Below are positions 9,253 through 19,063 of a stretch of 49,096 nt of DNA, one piece after another. Both the position numbers and the translations under genes were made by a program. Source of the DNA: Pseudomonadota bacterium (GTDB lineage: Bacteria > Pseudomonadota > Gammaproteobacteria > Burkholderiales > Burkholderiaceae_C). The DNA is taken from positions 1-49,096 of the forward strand of contig JAEZKX010000178.1 of assembly GCA_023436025.1 (NCBI GenBank), given 5' to 3'. Under the pieces are notes generated by a model that worked only from the letters and a program-made list of their open reading frames with translations, was not told the DNA's origin and did not search any database. The first letter of the stretch is position 1. Each line of letters begins with the position of its first letter.

Positions 9253-9978
9253 ATGCCCTTGCAAGCCGTCGAGACCAGCCGCCTCTACCGCCGCATCGCC
9301 GAACAGCTGCGCGGGCTGATCGCGCAGGGCGAGTTCGGGGCCGGCACGCGGCTGCCGGCCGAGCGCGACCTGGCGCGCCAGCTGGGGGTGAGCCGGCCGT
9401 CCGTGCGCGAGGCGCTGATCGCGCTGGAGGTAGAGGGCTGGGTCGAAGTGCGCACCGGCTCGGGCATCTACGTGCGCCCGCCGCGGCAGCGCAGCGGCGC
9501 GCGCGCGCCGGCCAACGGCAACGGCACCGGGACCGACTGGGGGCCGCTCGAGCTGATGCGGGCGCGCGAACTGGTCGAGAGCGAGGTCGCGGCCCTGGCG
9601 GCGCGCCATGCGCGCAAGCCGCAGGTGGACCGGATCGCCGAGGCCCTGGCCCGGATGCACGACGAGGTGGCGGCGGGCGTCGTGCCGCGCGCGGGCGACG
9701 AGGCCTTCCACAACGCCATCGCCGGCGCCTGCGGCAACGAGGTGCTCGGCGACACGGTGCGCGGCTACTGGCACGCGCGCCGGGGGCCGATCTCCGAGCG
9801 CCTGGGCGACCACTTCGAGAACCCGGCTTCCTGGCAGCGCGCGCTGGTGGAACACCAGGCCGTGTTCGAGGCGATCCGTGCGCGCGACCCCGACCGCGCG
9901 CGCGCGGCCATGCAGGACCACCTGAAGAAGGCCTACAGCCGATTCAGCGCGAGCTGGCGCCGCGCCAACCTTCCCTGA
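9253..9978 (+). CDS. GntR/FadR-family transcriptional regulator
   Basis: RLPAERDLARQLGVSRPSVREALIALE wHTH; FCD domain with DEAFH and EHQAV. Confidence 0.96.
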   Translation: MPLQAVETSRLYRRIAEQLRGLIAQGEFGAGTRLPAERDLARQLGVSRPSVREALIALEVEGWVEVRTGSGIYVRPPRQRSGARAPANGNGTGTDWGPLELMRARELVESEVAALAARHARKPQVDRIAEALARMHDEVAAGVVPRAGDEAFHNAIAGACGNEVLGDTVRGYWHARRGPISERLGDHFENPASWQRALVEHQAVFEAIRARDPDRARAAMQDHLKKAYSRFSASWRRANLP

Positions 9979-10007
9979 CGCCAGAAACCAGCCCAAGGAG
10001 ACAAGCC

Positions 10008-10985
10008 ATGCGCAAACGCCTCACCCTCCACTTCTTCGCCGCCTGCGCGCTGGCGGCCGCCAGCGCAGTGCCGGCCCATGCACAGACGAAGCTGAAATGG
10101 GCGCACGTGTACGAAACCTCGGAGCCGTACCACAAGTGGTCGGTGTGGGCGGGCGAGGAGTTCAAGAAGCGCACCAACGGCAAGTTCGAGATCCAGGTGT
10201 TCCCCGCCTCCAGCCTGGGCAAGGAAAGCGACATCAACCAGGGCCTGCAGCTGGGCACGGTGGACATCATCCTCACCGGCGCCTCGTTCGCCGCCAACGC
10301 CTACCCGCGGCTGGCCGTCAGCTACTACCCCTTCACCTTCCGCGACGCCGACCACGTCATCAAGTACGGCAGGAGCGAGGTCTTCAAGGACCTGGCCGAG
10401 GGCTACAAGAAGGCCACCGGCAACACCGTGACCGCCCTCACCTACTACGGGGCGCGCCACGCCACCAGCAACAAGCTGTTCACCAACTGCGACCAGATGA
10501 AGGGCCTGAAGATGCGCGTGCCCGACGCGCCGGCCTACACCGCGCTGCCGCGCGCCTGCGGCGCCAACCCCACGCCCATCGCCTTCGCCGAGGTCTACCT
10601 GGCGCTGCAGAACGGCACGGTGGACGCGCAGGAGAATCCCCTGCCCACCATCGAGGCGAAGAAGTTCTTCGAGGTGCAGAAGAACATCATCCTCACCGGC
10701 CACATCGCCGATGCGCTGCTGACCATCATCTCGCCCAGCACCTTGGCCAAGATGACGCCGGCCGAGCAGAAGATCCTGGCGGAGGTGACGCAGGAGGCCG
10801 CGGTGCGGGCCACCGAGGACATCCGCAAGCGCGAGGGCGAGCTGGTCGAGGAGTTCAGGAAGAAGGGCATCAACGTGGTCACCGTCGACCGCAACGACTT
10901 CCAGCAGCGCGTGCTCAAGGCCATCACCTTCGAGTCGATGAAGCTGGACAAGAAGGACTGGGACCGCATCATCGCGATCAAGTGA
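10008..10985 (+). CDS. dctP: TRAP transporter substrate-binding protein
   Basis: Signal peptide; GLKMRVP and EVYLALQNGTVDAQENP motifs; AAGGAG RBS before ATG 10008. Confidence 0.95.
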   Translation: MRKRLTLHFFAACALAAASAVPAHAQTKLKWAHVYETSEPYHKWSVWAGEEFKKRTNGKFEIQVFPASSLGKESDINQGLQLGTVDIILTGASFAANAYPRLAVSYYPFTFRDADHVIKYGRSEVFKDLAEGYKKATGNTVTALTYYGARHATSNKLFTNCDQMKGLKMRVPDAPAYTALPRACGANPTPIAFAEVYLALQNGTVDAQENPLPTIEAKKFFEVQKNIILTGHIADALLTIISPSTLAKMTPAEQKILAEVTQEAAVRATEDIRKREGELVEEFRKKGINVVTVDRNDFQQRVLKAITFESMKLDKKDWDRIIAIK

Positions 10986-11581
10986 TGTCGGCCCTTCCTT
11001 CCGAAGCCGCCCGCCCGTCGCTGGACGACCTGCCGCGGGTGATGGGGCCCGACGGCACGTTCCACGCCGAGGACGAGGCCGTGGACCTCTCCGCCACGCC
11101 CTGGGAAGCCTGGGTGGCCCTGGCCTTCTTCTGGACGCTGGGCGCCGTGGTGTTCTACCAGTTCTTCACCCGCTACGTGCTCAACGACTCGGCCGCATGG
11201 ACGGAGGAGATCGCGCGCTACCTGCTGATCGGGGTGGTCTTCACCGGCGCCACCATCGGCGTGGCGAAGAACAACCACATCCAGGTCGACTTCTTCTACC
11301 GCTACCTGCCGCCGCGCGCCGGCCGCGCGATGGCGACCGCGGTCGACGTGCTGCGCGCGCTGTTCTTCGCGGCGGCGGTGGTGTTGACGGTGCTGATGAT
11401 GCGCAAGCTCGGAAGCAACGTCCGCATGACCATGGTGGACTTGCCGATGAACTGGGTCTATGGCGTGTGCCTGCTCGGCTTCGCCATGATGGCCGTGCGA
11501 TCCGTGCTGGTCGCGCGGCGCCACTGGCGGCGCGGCTACAGCGTGCTGGAGCGGCCCATGACCGACATCAACGACGACTAG
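10985..11581 (+). CDS. dctQ: TRAP transporter small permease
   Basis: RYVLNDSAAWTEEIARY and HIQVD motifs, about 4 TM segments; TGATG coupling to dctP. Confidence 0.93.
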   Translation: MSALPSEAARPSLDDLPRVMGPDGTFHAEDEAVDLSATPWEAWVALAFFWTLGAVVFYQFFTRYVLNDSAAWTEEIARYLLIGVVFTGATIGVAKNNHIQVDFFYRYLPPRAGRAMATAVDVLRALFFAAAVVLTVLMMRKLGSNVRMTMVDLPMNWVYGVCLLGFAMMAVRSVLVARRHWRRGYSVLERPMTDINDD

Positions 11582-11591
11582 GACAACCACG

Positions 11592-12986
11592 ATGCTGAAG
11601 GTCCTGTTCCTGCTGCTCATGGGCGGCGGCATTCCCGTGGCGATCGCGATGGCCGGCTCGGCGCTGCTCTACATCCTGTCGAGCGGCAACCTGCCGCCCT
11701 TCGTGGTGATTCACCGCATGGTCAGCGGCATCGACAGCTTCCCGCTGCTGGCCGTGCCCTTCTTCATCCTGGCCGGCAACCTGATGAACAACGCCGGCAT
11801 CACCAACCGCATCTACAACTACGCGCTGGCCCTGGTGGGCTGGCTCAAGGGCGGACTGGGCCATGTCAACGTGGTGGGCTCGGTGGTGTTCGCCGGCATG
11901 AGCGGCACGGCCATCGCCGATGCCGCCGGCCTGGGCACCATCGAGATCAAGGCGATGAAGGACCACGGCTACGCCACCGAGTTCGCGGTGGGGGTGACGG
12001 CGGCCTCGGCCACGCTGGGCCCCATCATCCCGCCGAGCCTGCCCTTCGTGATCTACGGGATGATGGCCAATGTCAGCGTGGGCGCGCTGTTCCTGGCCGG
12101 CATCCTTCCGGGCGTGCTGATGGCAGTCCTGATGATGCTGACGGTGGCCTGGTTCGCGCACCGCAACGGCTGGGGCGGCGACATCCGCTTCGAGTGGCCG
12201 CGCGTCACCAAGGCGCTGGTCGAAACCGCGGTGGTCGTGCTGTGGCCGCTGGCCATGTGGGCGCTGATCACCAAGGCCGGCCTGCCGGCGCAGGCCACGG
12301 TGCTGGCCGGCGCCATCGTGCTGTTCGCGGCCGACCGCCGCTTCCGCTTCCAGGCGGTGCTGCCCATCATGACGCCGGTGCTGCTGATCGGCGGCATGAC
12401 CAGCGGCATCTTCACCCCCACCGAGGGCGCCATCGCGGCCTGCCTGTGGGCCATGGTGCTGGGGTTCGCCTGGTACCGCACGCTCACCTGGAAGATGTTC
12501 GTCAAGGTCTCGCTGGACACGGTGGAGACCACGGCGACCGTCCTCTTCATCGTGGCGGCAGCCAGCATCTTCGGATGGATGCTCACGGCCACCGGCGTCA
12601 CGGCGGCGATCTCCTCCTGGGTGCTGGCCTTCACCAAGGAGCAGTGGGTGTTCCTGCTGCTGGCCAACCTGCTGATGCTGTTCGTCGGCTGCTTCCTGGA
12701 ACCGACCGCCGCCATCACCATCCTCGTTCCCATCCTGGTGCCCATCTGCCAGCAGCTGGGCATCGACCTGGTCCACTTCGGCCTGGTGATGGTTCTCAAC
12801 CTGATGATCGGCCTGCTGCACCCGCCCATGGGCATGGTGCTGTTCGTGCTGGCGCGGGTGGCCAGGCTGTCGGTGGAGCGCACCACGGTCGCCATCCTGC
12901 CGTGGCTGCTGCCGCTGCTGGTGTCACTGGCACTCATCACCTACTGGCCGAAGGCAGTCCTCTGGCTGCCGAAGATGTTCTACTGA
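11592..12986 (+). CDS. dctM: TRAP transporter large permease
   Basis: LLAVPFFILAGNLMN, IIPPSLPFVIY, FTPTEG, IGLLHPPMG. Confidence 0.95.
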   Translation: MLKVLFLLLMGGGIPVAIAMAGSALLYILSSGNLPPFVVIHRMVSGIDSFPLLAVPFFILAGNLMNNAGITNRIYNYALALVGWLKGGLGHVNVVGSVVFAGMSGTAIADAAGLGTIEIKAMKDHGYATEFAVGVTAASATLGPIIPPSLPFVIYGMMANVSVGALFLAGILPGVLMAVLMMLTVAWFAHRNGWGGDIRFEWPRVTKALVETAVVVLWPLAMWALITKAGLPAQATVLAGAIVLFAADRRFRFQAVLPIMTPVLLIGGMTSGIFTPTEGAIAACLWAMVLGFAWYRTLTWKMFVKVSLDTVETTATVLFIVAAASIFGWMLTATGVTAAISSWVLAFTKEQWVFLLLANLLMLFVGCFLEPTAAITILVPILVPICQQLGIDLVHFGLVMVLNLMIGLLHPPMGMVLFVLARVARLSVERTTVAILPWLLPLLVSLALITYWPKAVLWLPKMFY

Positions 12987-13004
12987 CCGCACCGTCACGC
13001 TTCC

Positions 13005-14531
13005 ATGACTCCCTTCATCCGACTCCATTCCGACGACGACGTCCTCATCGCGCGCACCCAGCTGGTGGGCGGCACCGAGGTCGAAGGCGTCGCCGTGCGC
13101 GGCCTGGTGCCGCCCGGCCACAAGGTCGCGGTGCGCGCCATCGCCGCCGGCGCACCGGTGCGGCGCTACAACCAGATCATCGGCTTCGCCAGCAGGCCGA
13201 TCGCGCCCGGCGAGCACGTGCACGTGCACAACCTCTCCATCGGGGCGGAAGGCGGCGCCTTCGCCCGCGACTACGCCTTCGGCGCCGACGTCAGGCCGCC
13301 GCCGGCCGCGCGCGAAGCCACGTTCCAGGGCATCCGCCGCGCCGACGGCCGGGTGGCCACACGCAACTACATCGGCATCCTGTCCAGCGTGAACTGCTCG
13401 GCCACCGCCGCCCGCGCCATCGCCGACCACTTCTCGCGCCGGACCAATCCCGGTGCGCTGGCGGACTTCCCCAACGTCGACGGTGTGGTGGCGCTCACGC
13501 ACGGCACGGGCTGCGGCATGGACGCCGACGGCGCCGGCATGCGCGTGCTGGAGCGCACGCTGGCCGGCTACGCCACCCACGCCAACTTCGCCGGCGTGCT
13601 GGTGGTGGGCCTGGGCTGCGAGGCCAACCAGATCAACGCCTGGCTGGCGCACAGCAGCCTGCGCGAGGGCGAGACCCTGCGCGTCTTCAACATCCAGGAC
13701 AGCGGCGGCACCCGCAAGACGGTGGACCGGGGCATCGCGCTGGTGCGCGAGATGCTGCCGGCGGCCAACCGCGTGCGGCGCGGGCCCTGCAGCGCGGCGC
13801 ACATCACCATCGGCCTGCAGTGCGGCGGCTCCGACGGCTATTCCGGCATCAGCGCCAACCCGGCGCTCGGCGCCGCGGTCGACCTGCTGGTGGCCCACGG
13901 CGGCACCGCCATCCTCTCGGAGACGCCCGAGATCTACGGAGCCGAACACCTGCTGACCCGGCGCGCCGTGCGGCGCGAAGTGGGCGAGAAGCTGTTGGAG
14001 CGCATCCGCTGGTGGGAGCACTACACCCGCATCAACCACGGCGAGATGAACAACAACCCCTCGCCCGGCAACAAGGCGGGTGGGCTGACGACCATCCTCG
14101 AGAAGTCGCTGGGCGCTGTGGCCAAGGGCGGCACGACCAACCTGGAGGCGGTGTACGAATACGCCGAGAGGGTCGAGCGCCACGGCTTCGTCTACATGGA
14201 CACGCCCGGCTACGACCCGGTCAGCGCCACCGGCCAGGTGGCCGGCGGCGCCAACCTGATCTGCTTCACCACCGGCCGCGGCTCGGCCTACGGCTGCGCG
14301 CCCGCGCCTTCGCTGAAGCTCGCCACCAACACCGCGCTGTGGCAACGGCAGGAAGAGGACATGGACATCAACTGCGGCGAGATCATCGACGGCCAGGCCT
14401 CGGTGCAGGAGATGGGCGAGCGCATCTTCCGCCTGGTGCTGGCCACCGCCTCGGGCGCTTGGACCAAGAGCGAGCAGCACGGCTACGGGCAGAACGAGTT
14501 CGTGCCCTGGCAGCTGGGTGCGGTGATGTGA
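13005..14531 (+). CDS. UxaA/GarD-family (altronate dehydratase-like) sugar-acid dehydratase with N-terminal SAF domain
   Basis: GHKVA..GEHVHVHN, GLGCE, CGGSDGYSGISANPALG, NNPSPGNKAGGLTTI, FTTGRGS. Confidence 0.93.
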   Translation: MTPFIRLHSDDDVLIARTQLVGGTEVEGVAVRGLVPPGHKVAVRAIAAGAPVRRYNQIIGFASRPIAPGEHVHVHNLSIGAEGGAFARDYAFGADVRPPPAAREATFQGIRRADGRVATRNYIGILSSVNCSATAARAIADHFSRRTNPGALADFPNVDGVVALTHGTGCGMDADGAGMRVLERTLAGYATHANFAGVLVVGLGCEANQINAWLAHSSLREGETLRVFNIQDSGGTRKTVDRGIALVREMLPAANRVRRGPCSAAHITIGLQCGGSDGYSGISANPALGAAVDLLVAHGGTAILSETPEIYGAEHLLTRRAVRREVGEKLLERIRWWEHYTRINHGEMNNNPSPGNKAGGLTTILEKSLGAVAKGGTTNLEAVYEYAERVERHGFVYMDTPGYDPVSATGQVAGGANLICFTTGRGSAYGCAPAPSLKLATNTALWQRQEEDMDINCGEIIDGQASVQEMGERIFRLVLATASGAWTKSEQHGYGQNEFVPWQLGAVM

Positions 14532-14538
14532 GGACGCG

Positions 14539-15624
14539 ATGAGGACCATCCACGCGGCGCCCTTGCGGCGCGCGGTGGCGGCGGTGCTGGCCGCCGCCGG
14601 CAGCCACGCCGACGAAGCCCGGGCAGTGGCCGACAACCTGGTGCTGGCCAACCTGAGTGGCCACGACTCGCACGGCGTGGGCATGGTGCCGCGCTATGTG
14701 GATGCCGTGCTCGAAGGCAGCCTGCGGCCCAACGCCGGCATCGCGATCCGGCTCGATGCACCTGGCCTGCTGGCGGCCGACGGCCAGCGCGGCTACGGCC
14801 AGGTGGTGGGGCAGCAGGCCGTGGAGCGTGCCATCGACAAGGCCCTGGACACCGGCACGTGCGTGCTGGCGCTGGCCAACGCGCACCACCTCGGCCGCAT
14901 CGGCCACTTCGCCGAAATGGCCGTGGCCGAGGGCCTGGTCAGCATCCACTTCGTCAACGTGCTGTCGCGGCCGGTGGTGGCGCCCTTCGGTGGCGGCGAC
15001 GGCCGCTATGGCACCAACCCCTTCTGCGTCGGCATTCCGCTGGAGGGCCGCGCGCCCTTCGTGCTCGACTTCGCCACCAGCCGGGTGGCACAGGGCAAGA
15101 TGCGCGTGGCCCACAACGCGGGCCGGCCGGTCGAGCCCGGCTACCTCATCGACGCCGAAGGGCGCCCCACCACCGACCCTGGCGTGGTGGTGGTGCCGCA
15201 GGCAGGCGGCCTGTTCGGCGCCCTGCTCGCCTTCGGTGAACACAAGGGCTATGGCATGGCCATCGCCTGCGAGCTGCTGGGTGGCGCGCTGACGGGCGGC
15301 GGCACCTGGCACGGACCCGCGGACGGGAAGCGCGCGGTGTTCAACGGCATGTTCACGGTGCTGGTCGACCCGCGCCGCCTGGGCACGCAGACCGCTTTCG
15401 GGCAGGAAGCGCTGGCCTTCGTCGACTGGCTCAAGCGCAGCCCGGCGGCGCCGGGTACCGAAGGCGTGCTGCTGGCCGGCGAGCCCGAGCGCGCAGCCCG
15501 GCGCGAACGCGAGCGCACGGGCATCGTGATCGACGACCAGACTTGGGAAGAAATCGTGGCTGCGGGCGCCAAGGTGGGCGCCCGCGTGGAAGAAGCCCCG
15601 GGCGCGGGTACCGCCAGCCGCTGA
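14539..15624 (+). CDS. Type-2 malate/L-lactate/ureidoglycolate dehydrogenase family (Ldh_2)
   Basis: GHDSHGVG, HHLGRIG, GTNPF, LDFATS, HKGYG. Confidence 0.92.
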   Translation: MRTIHAAPLRRAVAAVLAAAGSHADEARAVADNLVLANLSGHDSHGVGMVPRYVDAVLEGSLRPNAGIAIRLDAPGLLAADGQRGYGQVVGQQAVERAIDKALDTGTCVLALANAHHLGRIGHFAEMAVAEGLVSIHFVNVLSRPVVAPFGGGDGRYGTNPFCVGIPLEGRAPFVLDFATSRVAQGKMRVAHNAGRPVEPGYLIDAEGRPTTDPGVVVVPQAGGLFGALLAFGEHKGYGMAIACELLGGALTGGGTWHGPADGKRAVFNGMFTVLVDPRRLGTQTAFGQEALAFVDWLKRSPAAPGTEGVLLAGEPERAARRERERTGIVIDDQTWEEIVAAGAKVGARVEEAPGAGTASR

Positions 15625-15679
15625 GGCCGCGGCTGGCGCCCGCGCGGGGGGAAGCGCCCGGCGCTTCTCCCAGCTGGGG

Positions 15680-16048
15680 TCAGCGCAGGTGCTGCCAGCG
15701 CTGGAAGTCGCCGTCGCGCATCACGTTCGGCGGCACGTTGACCCAGTAGTTGCGGGTCACCGTGACGGTGTTGCCGTCGACCGTCCGCGATTCGCCGGCC
15801 TGCACGATGGATGCGGAGGAGCCGTAGACGGCCTTGTTCGCGACCAGCTGTCCGTCCGGCCCCTGCACCAGGCCCGAGCCGCGGATCATGACCGGACTGG
15901 TGGAGGTCACGGCAGCCCCTTCCACGACCGTGACCTCCCCGACGGGCTGCGCCGGAGCCTGCGGGGTCTGCTGGGGAGCCTGCGCGAACGCAGAGGCGGA
16001 AACGGCGGCGGCCAGGGCGACGGCCCAGCCGGCTTGCTTGAATTTCAT
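15680..16048 (-). CDS. Small secreted hypothetical protein
   Basis: MKFKQAGWAVALAAAVSASAFA signal peptide; GAAGGAG RBS spaced for ATG 16048 (alternative GTG 16054). Confidence 0.75.
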   Translation of the reverse strand: MKFKQAGWAVALAAAVSASAFAQAPQQTPQAPAQPVGEVTVVEGAAVTSTSPVMIRGSGLVQGPDGQLVANKAVYGSSASIVQAGESRTVDGNTVTVTRNYWVNVPPNVMRDGDFQRWQHLR

Positions 16049-16184
16049 GTTCACTCCTTCAGGACAAAAAAAGGGGAACTTCCGGGTTCCTGGATTCCAT
16101 TACAGGGGGGCAGCAATGGCTGGCGCGACGGAACCTGCTGACAGCGCTTGTAGGCGAGCCGGAACGGTGGAGTCGCCCGGGCGC

Positions 16185-16871
16185 CTACGCCACAGGCAGC
16201 GGCGGCAGCGCACGCACCACTTCGCCGGCAATGGGAAAGATGCGGTCACCGGCGCGCGGCTCGATGCGGTGCATGCCGGTGAAGTTGCCGAAGGCCGGCA
16301 GGATGCCCACGGCCTGGCGCGGCAGTTGCCCGCTGTCGTCGCCCAGCCAGAAGCACGGCAGCCTCAGCCTTTCGAAGGCGCGGCCTTTCACGCTGATGCA
16401 GGGATGCCAGTGACCCGCCAGCACGTAGGCGCCCTCGACCGGGCGGGGATGGTGGCACAGCGCGAACGGGCCCATCCGCAGCGGCTCGTCGACCACCCGC
16501 AGCCCCAGCGAGGCCGGCGGGTCGCCGGCACGTTCGTCGTGGTTGCCGCGCACCAGCGTCAGCACGAGCCCGGCATGGGCGGTCCGCCAGTCGTGCAGCA
16601 CGGCCAGCGTGCCCGCCGCATGGGCGCGCACCGAATGCAGGAAGTCGCCGAGGAACACCACCTGCCGCGCACCGGTGTCGGCCAGCGCTGCGTCCAGCTT
16701 GTCGAGCGTGCCGCGGGTGGTGCCACTGGGCACCGGCACGCCGAGCTTGCGGAAGCTCACGGCCTTGCCGAAGTGCGCGTCGGCCACCAGCAGCGCCTGG
16801 TGCGCGCACAGGTACAGGGTGCCGGAGGGATGCAGCAGGGCGTCCTCGCCGGCGAGGCGGATTCTGAGCAC
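16185..16871 (-). CDS. pdeM: Ligase-associated DNA damage response metallophosphoesterase/endonuclease
   Basis: ADAHFGKA, LGDFLH, RGNHD, GHWHP, LPAFG..TG motifs. Confidence 0.9.
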   Translation of the reverse strand: MLRIRLAGEDALLHPSGTLYLCAHQALLVADAHFGKAVSFRKLGVPVPSGTTRGTLDKLDAALADTGARQVVFLGDFLHSVRAHAAGTLAVLHDWRTAHAGLVLTLVRGNHDERAGDPPASLGLRVVDEPLRMGPFALCHHPRPVEGAYVLAGHWHPCISVKGRAFERLRLPCFWLGDDSGQLPRQAVGILPAFGNFTGMHRIEPRAGDRIFPIAGEVVRALPPLPVA

Positions 16872-16954
16872 GGATGGCTGGATGACGGGATGACGGCGCC
16901 GCTGGCGGTCCGACCCGTGGGGTCGGTGCGCGCGGCGCCAGGGTCATTGTGTCA

Positions 16955-17599
16955 TCAGAGCATGCGCGAAAGCGAAGCCTCGAGGTGCTCGGAGGGCAGG
17001 CGTTTGAATCCCGACCGCGCGAAGCGCTGCAGCCGGCCGACGATGAAGGCGGTGAGCACCGAGGCGCGCACCTGCGCGTCCACCGTCGGCGTGCTGGCGT
17101 CGGCGGCCGTGGCCGCGCGCAGGCTCTGCTTCAGCGAGGATTCCACCTTGTCGAAGAACTGGTTCATGCGCTGCTGCAGGCGCTCGTTCTCGAATACCAG
17201 GGCGTCGCCCACCATCACGCGGGTCATGCCCGGGTTCTTCTCGGCGAACTGCACCAGCATGGCGACGATGCGCGAAGCCTGGACGGTGCCGTCGCTCTCG
17301 CGCTCGGAGATCTGGTTGATCAGGCTGAACACGCTCTGCTCGATGAACTCGATGAGCCCTTCGAACATCTGCGCCTTGCTGGCGAAGTGGCGGTACAGGG
17401 CCGCCTCGCTCACCTCGAGCCGCGCCGCCAGGGCGGCGGTGGTGATGCGCTCGGCGCCGGGTTGTTCCAGCATGGTGGCCAGCGCCTCGAGGATCTGCAC
17501 CCGGCGCTCGCCCGGCTTGGGCCGCTTGCGCACCGGTGCCACGACGGGTTCGCCGCCGCCGGGGGCGGGTTCGGGGGAATCGAGCTCGGCGTGGGACAT
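16955..17599 (-). CDS. slmA: Nucleoid occlusion factor SlmA (TetR family)
   Basis: RITTAALAARLEVSEAALYRHFASKAQMFEGLIEFIE; near argB as in other Betaproteobacteria. Confidence 0.94.
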   Translation of the reverse strand: MSHAELDSPEPAPGGGEPVVAPVRKRPKPGERRVQILEALATMLEQPGAERITTAALAARLEVSEAALYRHFASKAQMFEGLIEFIEQSVFSLINQISERESDGTVQASRIVAMLVQFAEKNPGMTRVMVGDALVFENERLQQRMNQFFDKVESSLKQSLRAATAADASTPTVDAQVRASVLTAFIVGRLQRFARSGFKRLPSEHLEASLSRML

Positions 17600-17704
17600 G
17601 CGTTTGTTACAGCTGTGTCAGATCATTCTCGCATACCCGACAGTGGGCTCCTCCGGGCGCCGGCGCCACCTGCCGCCGAGTGTTGCGCCGGCGCAAGCGC
17701 CCGC

Positions 17705-19063
17705 TCACACCGGGAAAGCGAGCGTGACGCGCAGCCCGCGGCCATCGGCGCCGGGTTGCAGTTGCAGGTGGCTGCGGTGCACGCGCGCGATTTCCTCGGC
17801 GATCGCCAGGCCCAGGCCGGTGCCCTCGCCGCGCGTGCCCTGCACCCGGTAGAAGCGTTCCACGATGCGCGGGCGTTCGGCCGGGGCCACGCCCGGGCCG
17901 TCGTCCTCCACCTCCAGGAACGGCACGCCGGCGCGCCGGCCGCAGCGGATGGTGACCGAGCCGCCCTCGTGCGCGTACTTCACCGCGTTGTCGACCAGGT
18001 TGCCGAGCAGCTCGCGCAGCAGCCACGACTGGCCCATCACCTCCACCGGCTCGGCGTCGAGGCCCAGGTCGATGCGGCGCGCGGTCGCGGCGTCCAGGTG
18101 CTGTTGCAGGATGTCCTCGCACAGCGACTTGAGATCCACCCGCTGCTGCGGCTGCATGTGCATGGCGCGCGCGTCGGCCCGCGACAGCGCCAGCAGCTGG
18201 TTGGCCAGCTGCGAGGTGCGGCGGGTGGCGCTGCGCAGCTTCTCCACCTGCTCGGTGGGCAGCTCCAGCGTCGGCTGCGTGCTGGCGGCCTGGGCCCAGG
18301 CCTCGACCTGCGCCTGCAAGCCCGCCAGGGGGGTGCGCAGCTGGTGGGCGGCGTCGGCCACGAAGCGCTGCTGGCTTTCGGCCTGCGCGTTCACCAGCCC
18401 GAACAGCCGGTTGAGCGAGTCAACGAGTGGCCGTACCTCCTCGGGGGTGGTGGAACCGTCGATGGCGCTCAGGTCGCGCGGCGAGCGCCGCTCCACCGCC
18501 TCCTTGAGCGCCAGCAGGGGCTTGAGCGCGCGCTCCACCGCCCAGCCGACGGCGAAGGCGGCGGCGGCGATCAGCACCAGGTTGGGCAGCAGCACGCGGA
18601 AGAAGATGGAGCGCGCCCACTGCTGGCGCGGGTCGCTGCCGTCGGCCACGACCACCACCACCTCGCCGATCACCGTGGGCTGGCGCTGGCGGACGATGCG
18701 CCAGGTGGTGCCGGCATGCTCCTCGCTGTGGAACTCCGGATCGGTGCCGGCCGGCACCAGGGCGCCGGCCAGCCACGAGGCGCCCTCCAGCAGGCGCGCG
18801 TCGACGTCCACCAGCGCGTAGGCGGTGAGGCCGTTGCCCTCCTTCAGGAACTCCTCCACCGCCGGCGCCAACAGCAACAGGGGCGGCTCGCCCTCGCCGA
18901 TGACGGAGTCGGCCACCAGCGGCACCAGCGCCAGCAGGCGCTGGTCCTGCTGCGTGGCCACGTCGTCGGCCGAGCGGTAGTCGATCCAGGCGCTGAGCAT
19001 CGCCAGCAGGATCAGCGGCACGATCAGCATCACCAGCAGCCTGCGGCGCAGGCCGGATGTCAT
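17705..19063 (-). CDS. Sensor histidine kinase (TctE/QseC-like)
   Basis: Two TM segments; FVADAAHQLRTPL H-box, NLVDNAVKY, DDGPG, GTGLGLAI. Start MTSGLRRRLL at 19063. Confidence 0.93.
   Translation of the reverse strand: MTSGLRRRLLVMLIVPLILLAMLSAWIDYRSADDVATQQDQRLLALVPLVADSVIGEGEPPLLLLAPAVEEFLKEGNGLTAYALVDVDARLLEGASWLAGALVPAGTDPEFHSEEHAGTTWRIVRQRQPTVIGEVVVVVADGSDPRQQWARSIFFRVLLPNLVLIAAAAFAVGWAVERALKPLLALKEAVERRSPRDLSAIDGSTTPEEVRPLVDSLNRLFGLVNAQAESQQRFVADAAHQLRTPLAGLQAQVEAWAQAASTQPTLELPTEQVEKLRSATRRTSQLANQLLALSRADARAMHMQPQQRVDLKSLCEDILQQHLDAATARRIDLGLDAEPVEVMGQSWLLRELLGNLVDNAVKYAHEGGSVTIRCGRRAGVPFLEVEDDGPGVAPAERPRIVERFYRVQGTRGEGTGLGLAIAEEIARVHRSHLQLQPGADGRGLRVTLAFPV

Noticed and set aside
15647..15669. 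GC hairpins between convergent genes (here, ~6656-6684 and ~40735-40790) as a REP family
   Set aside because: They share no sequence with each other; more likely ordinary terminator-type stems.
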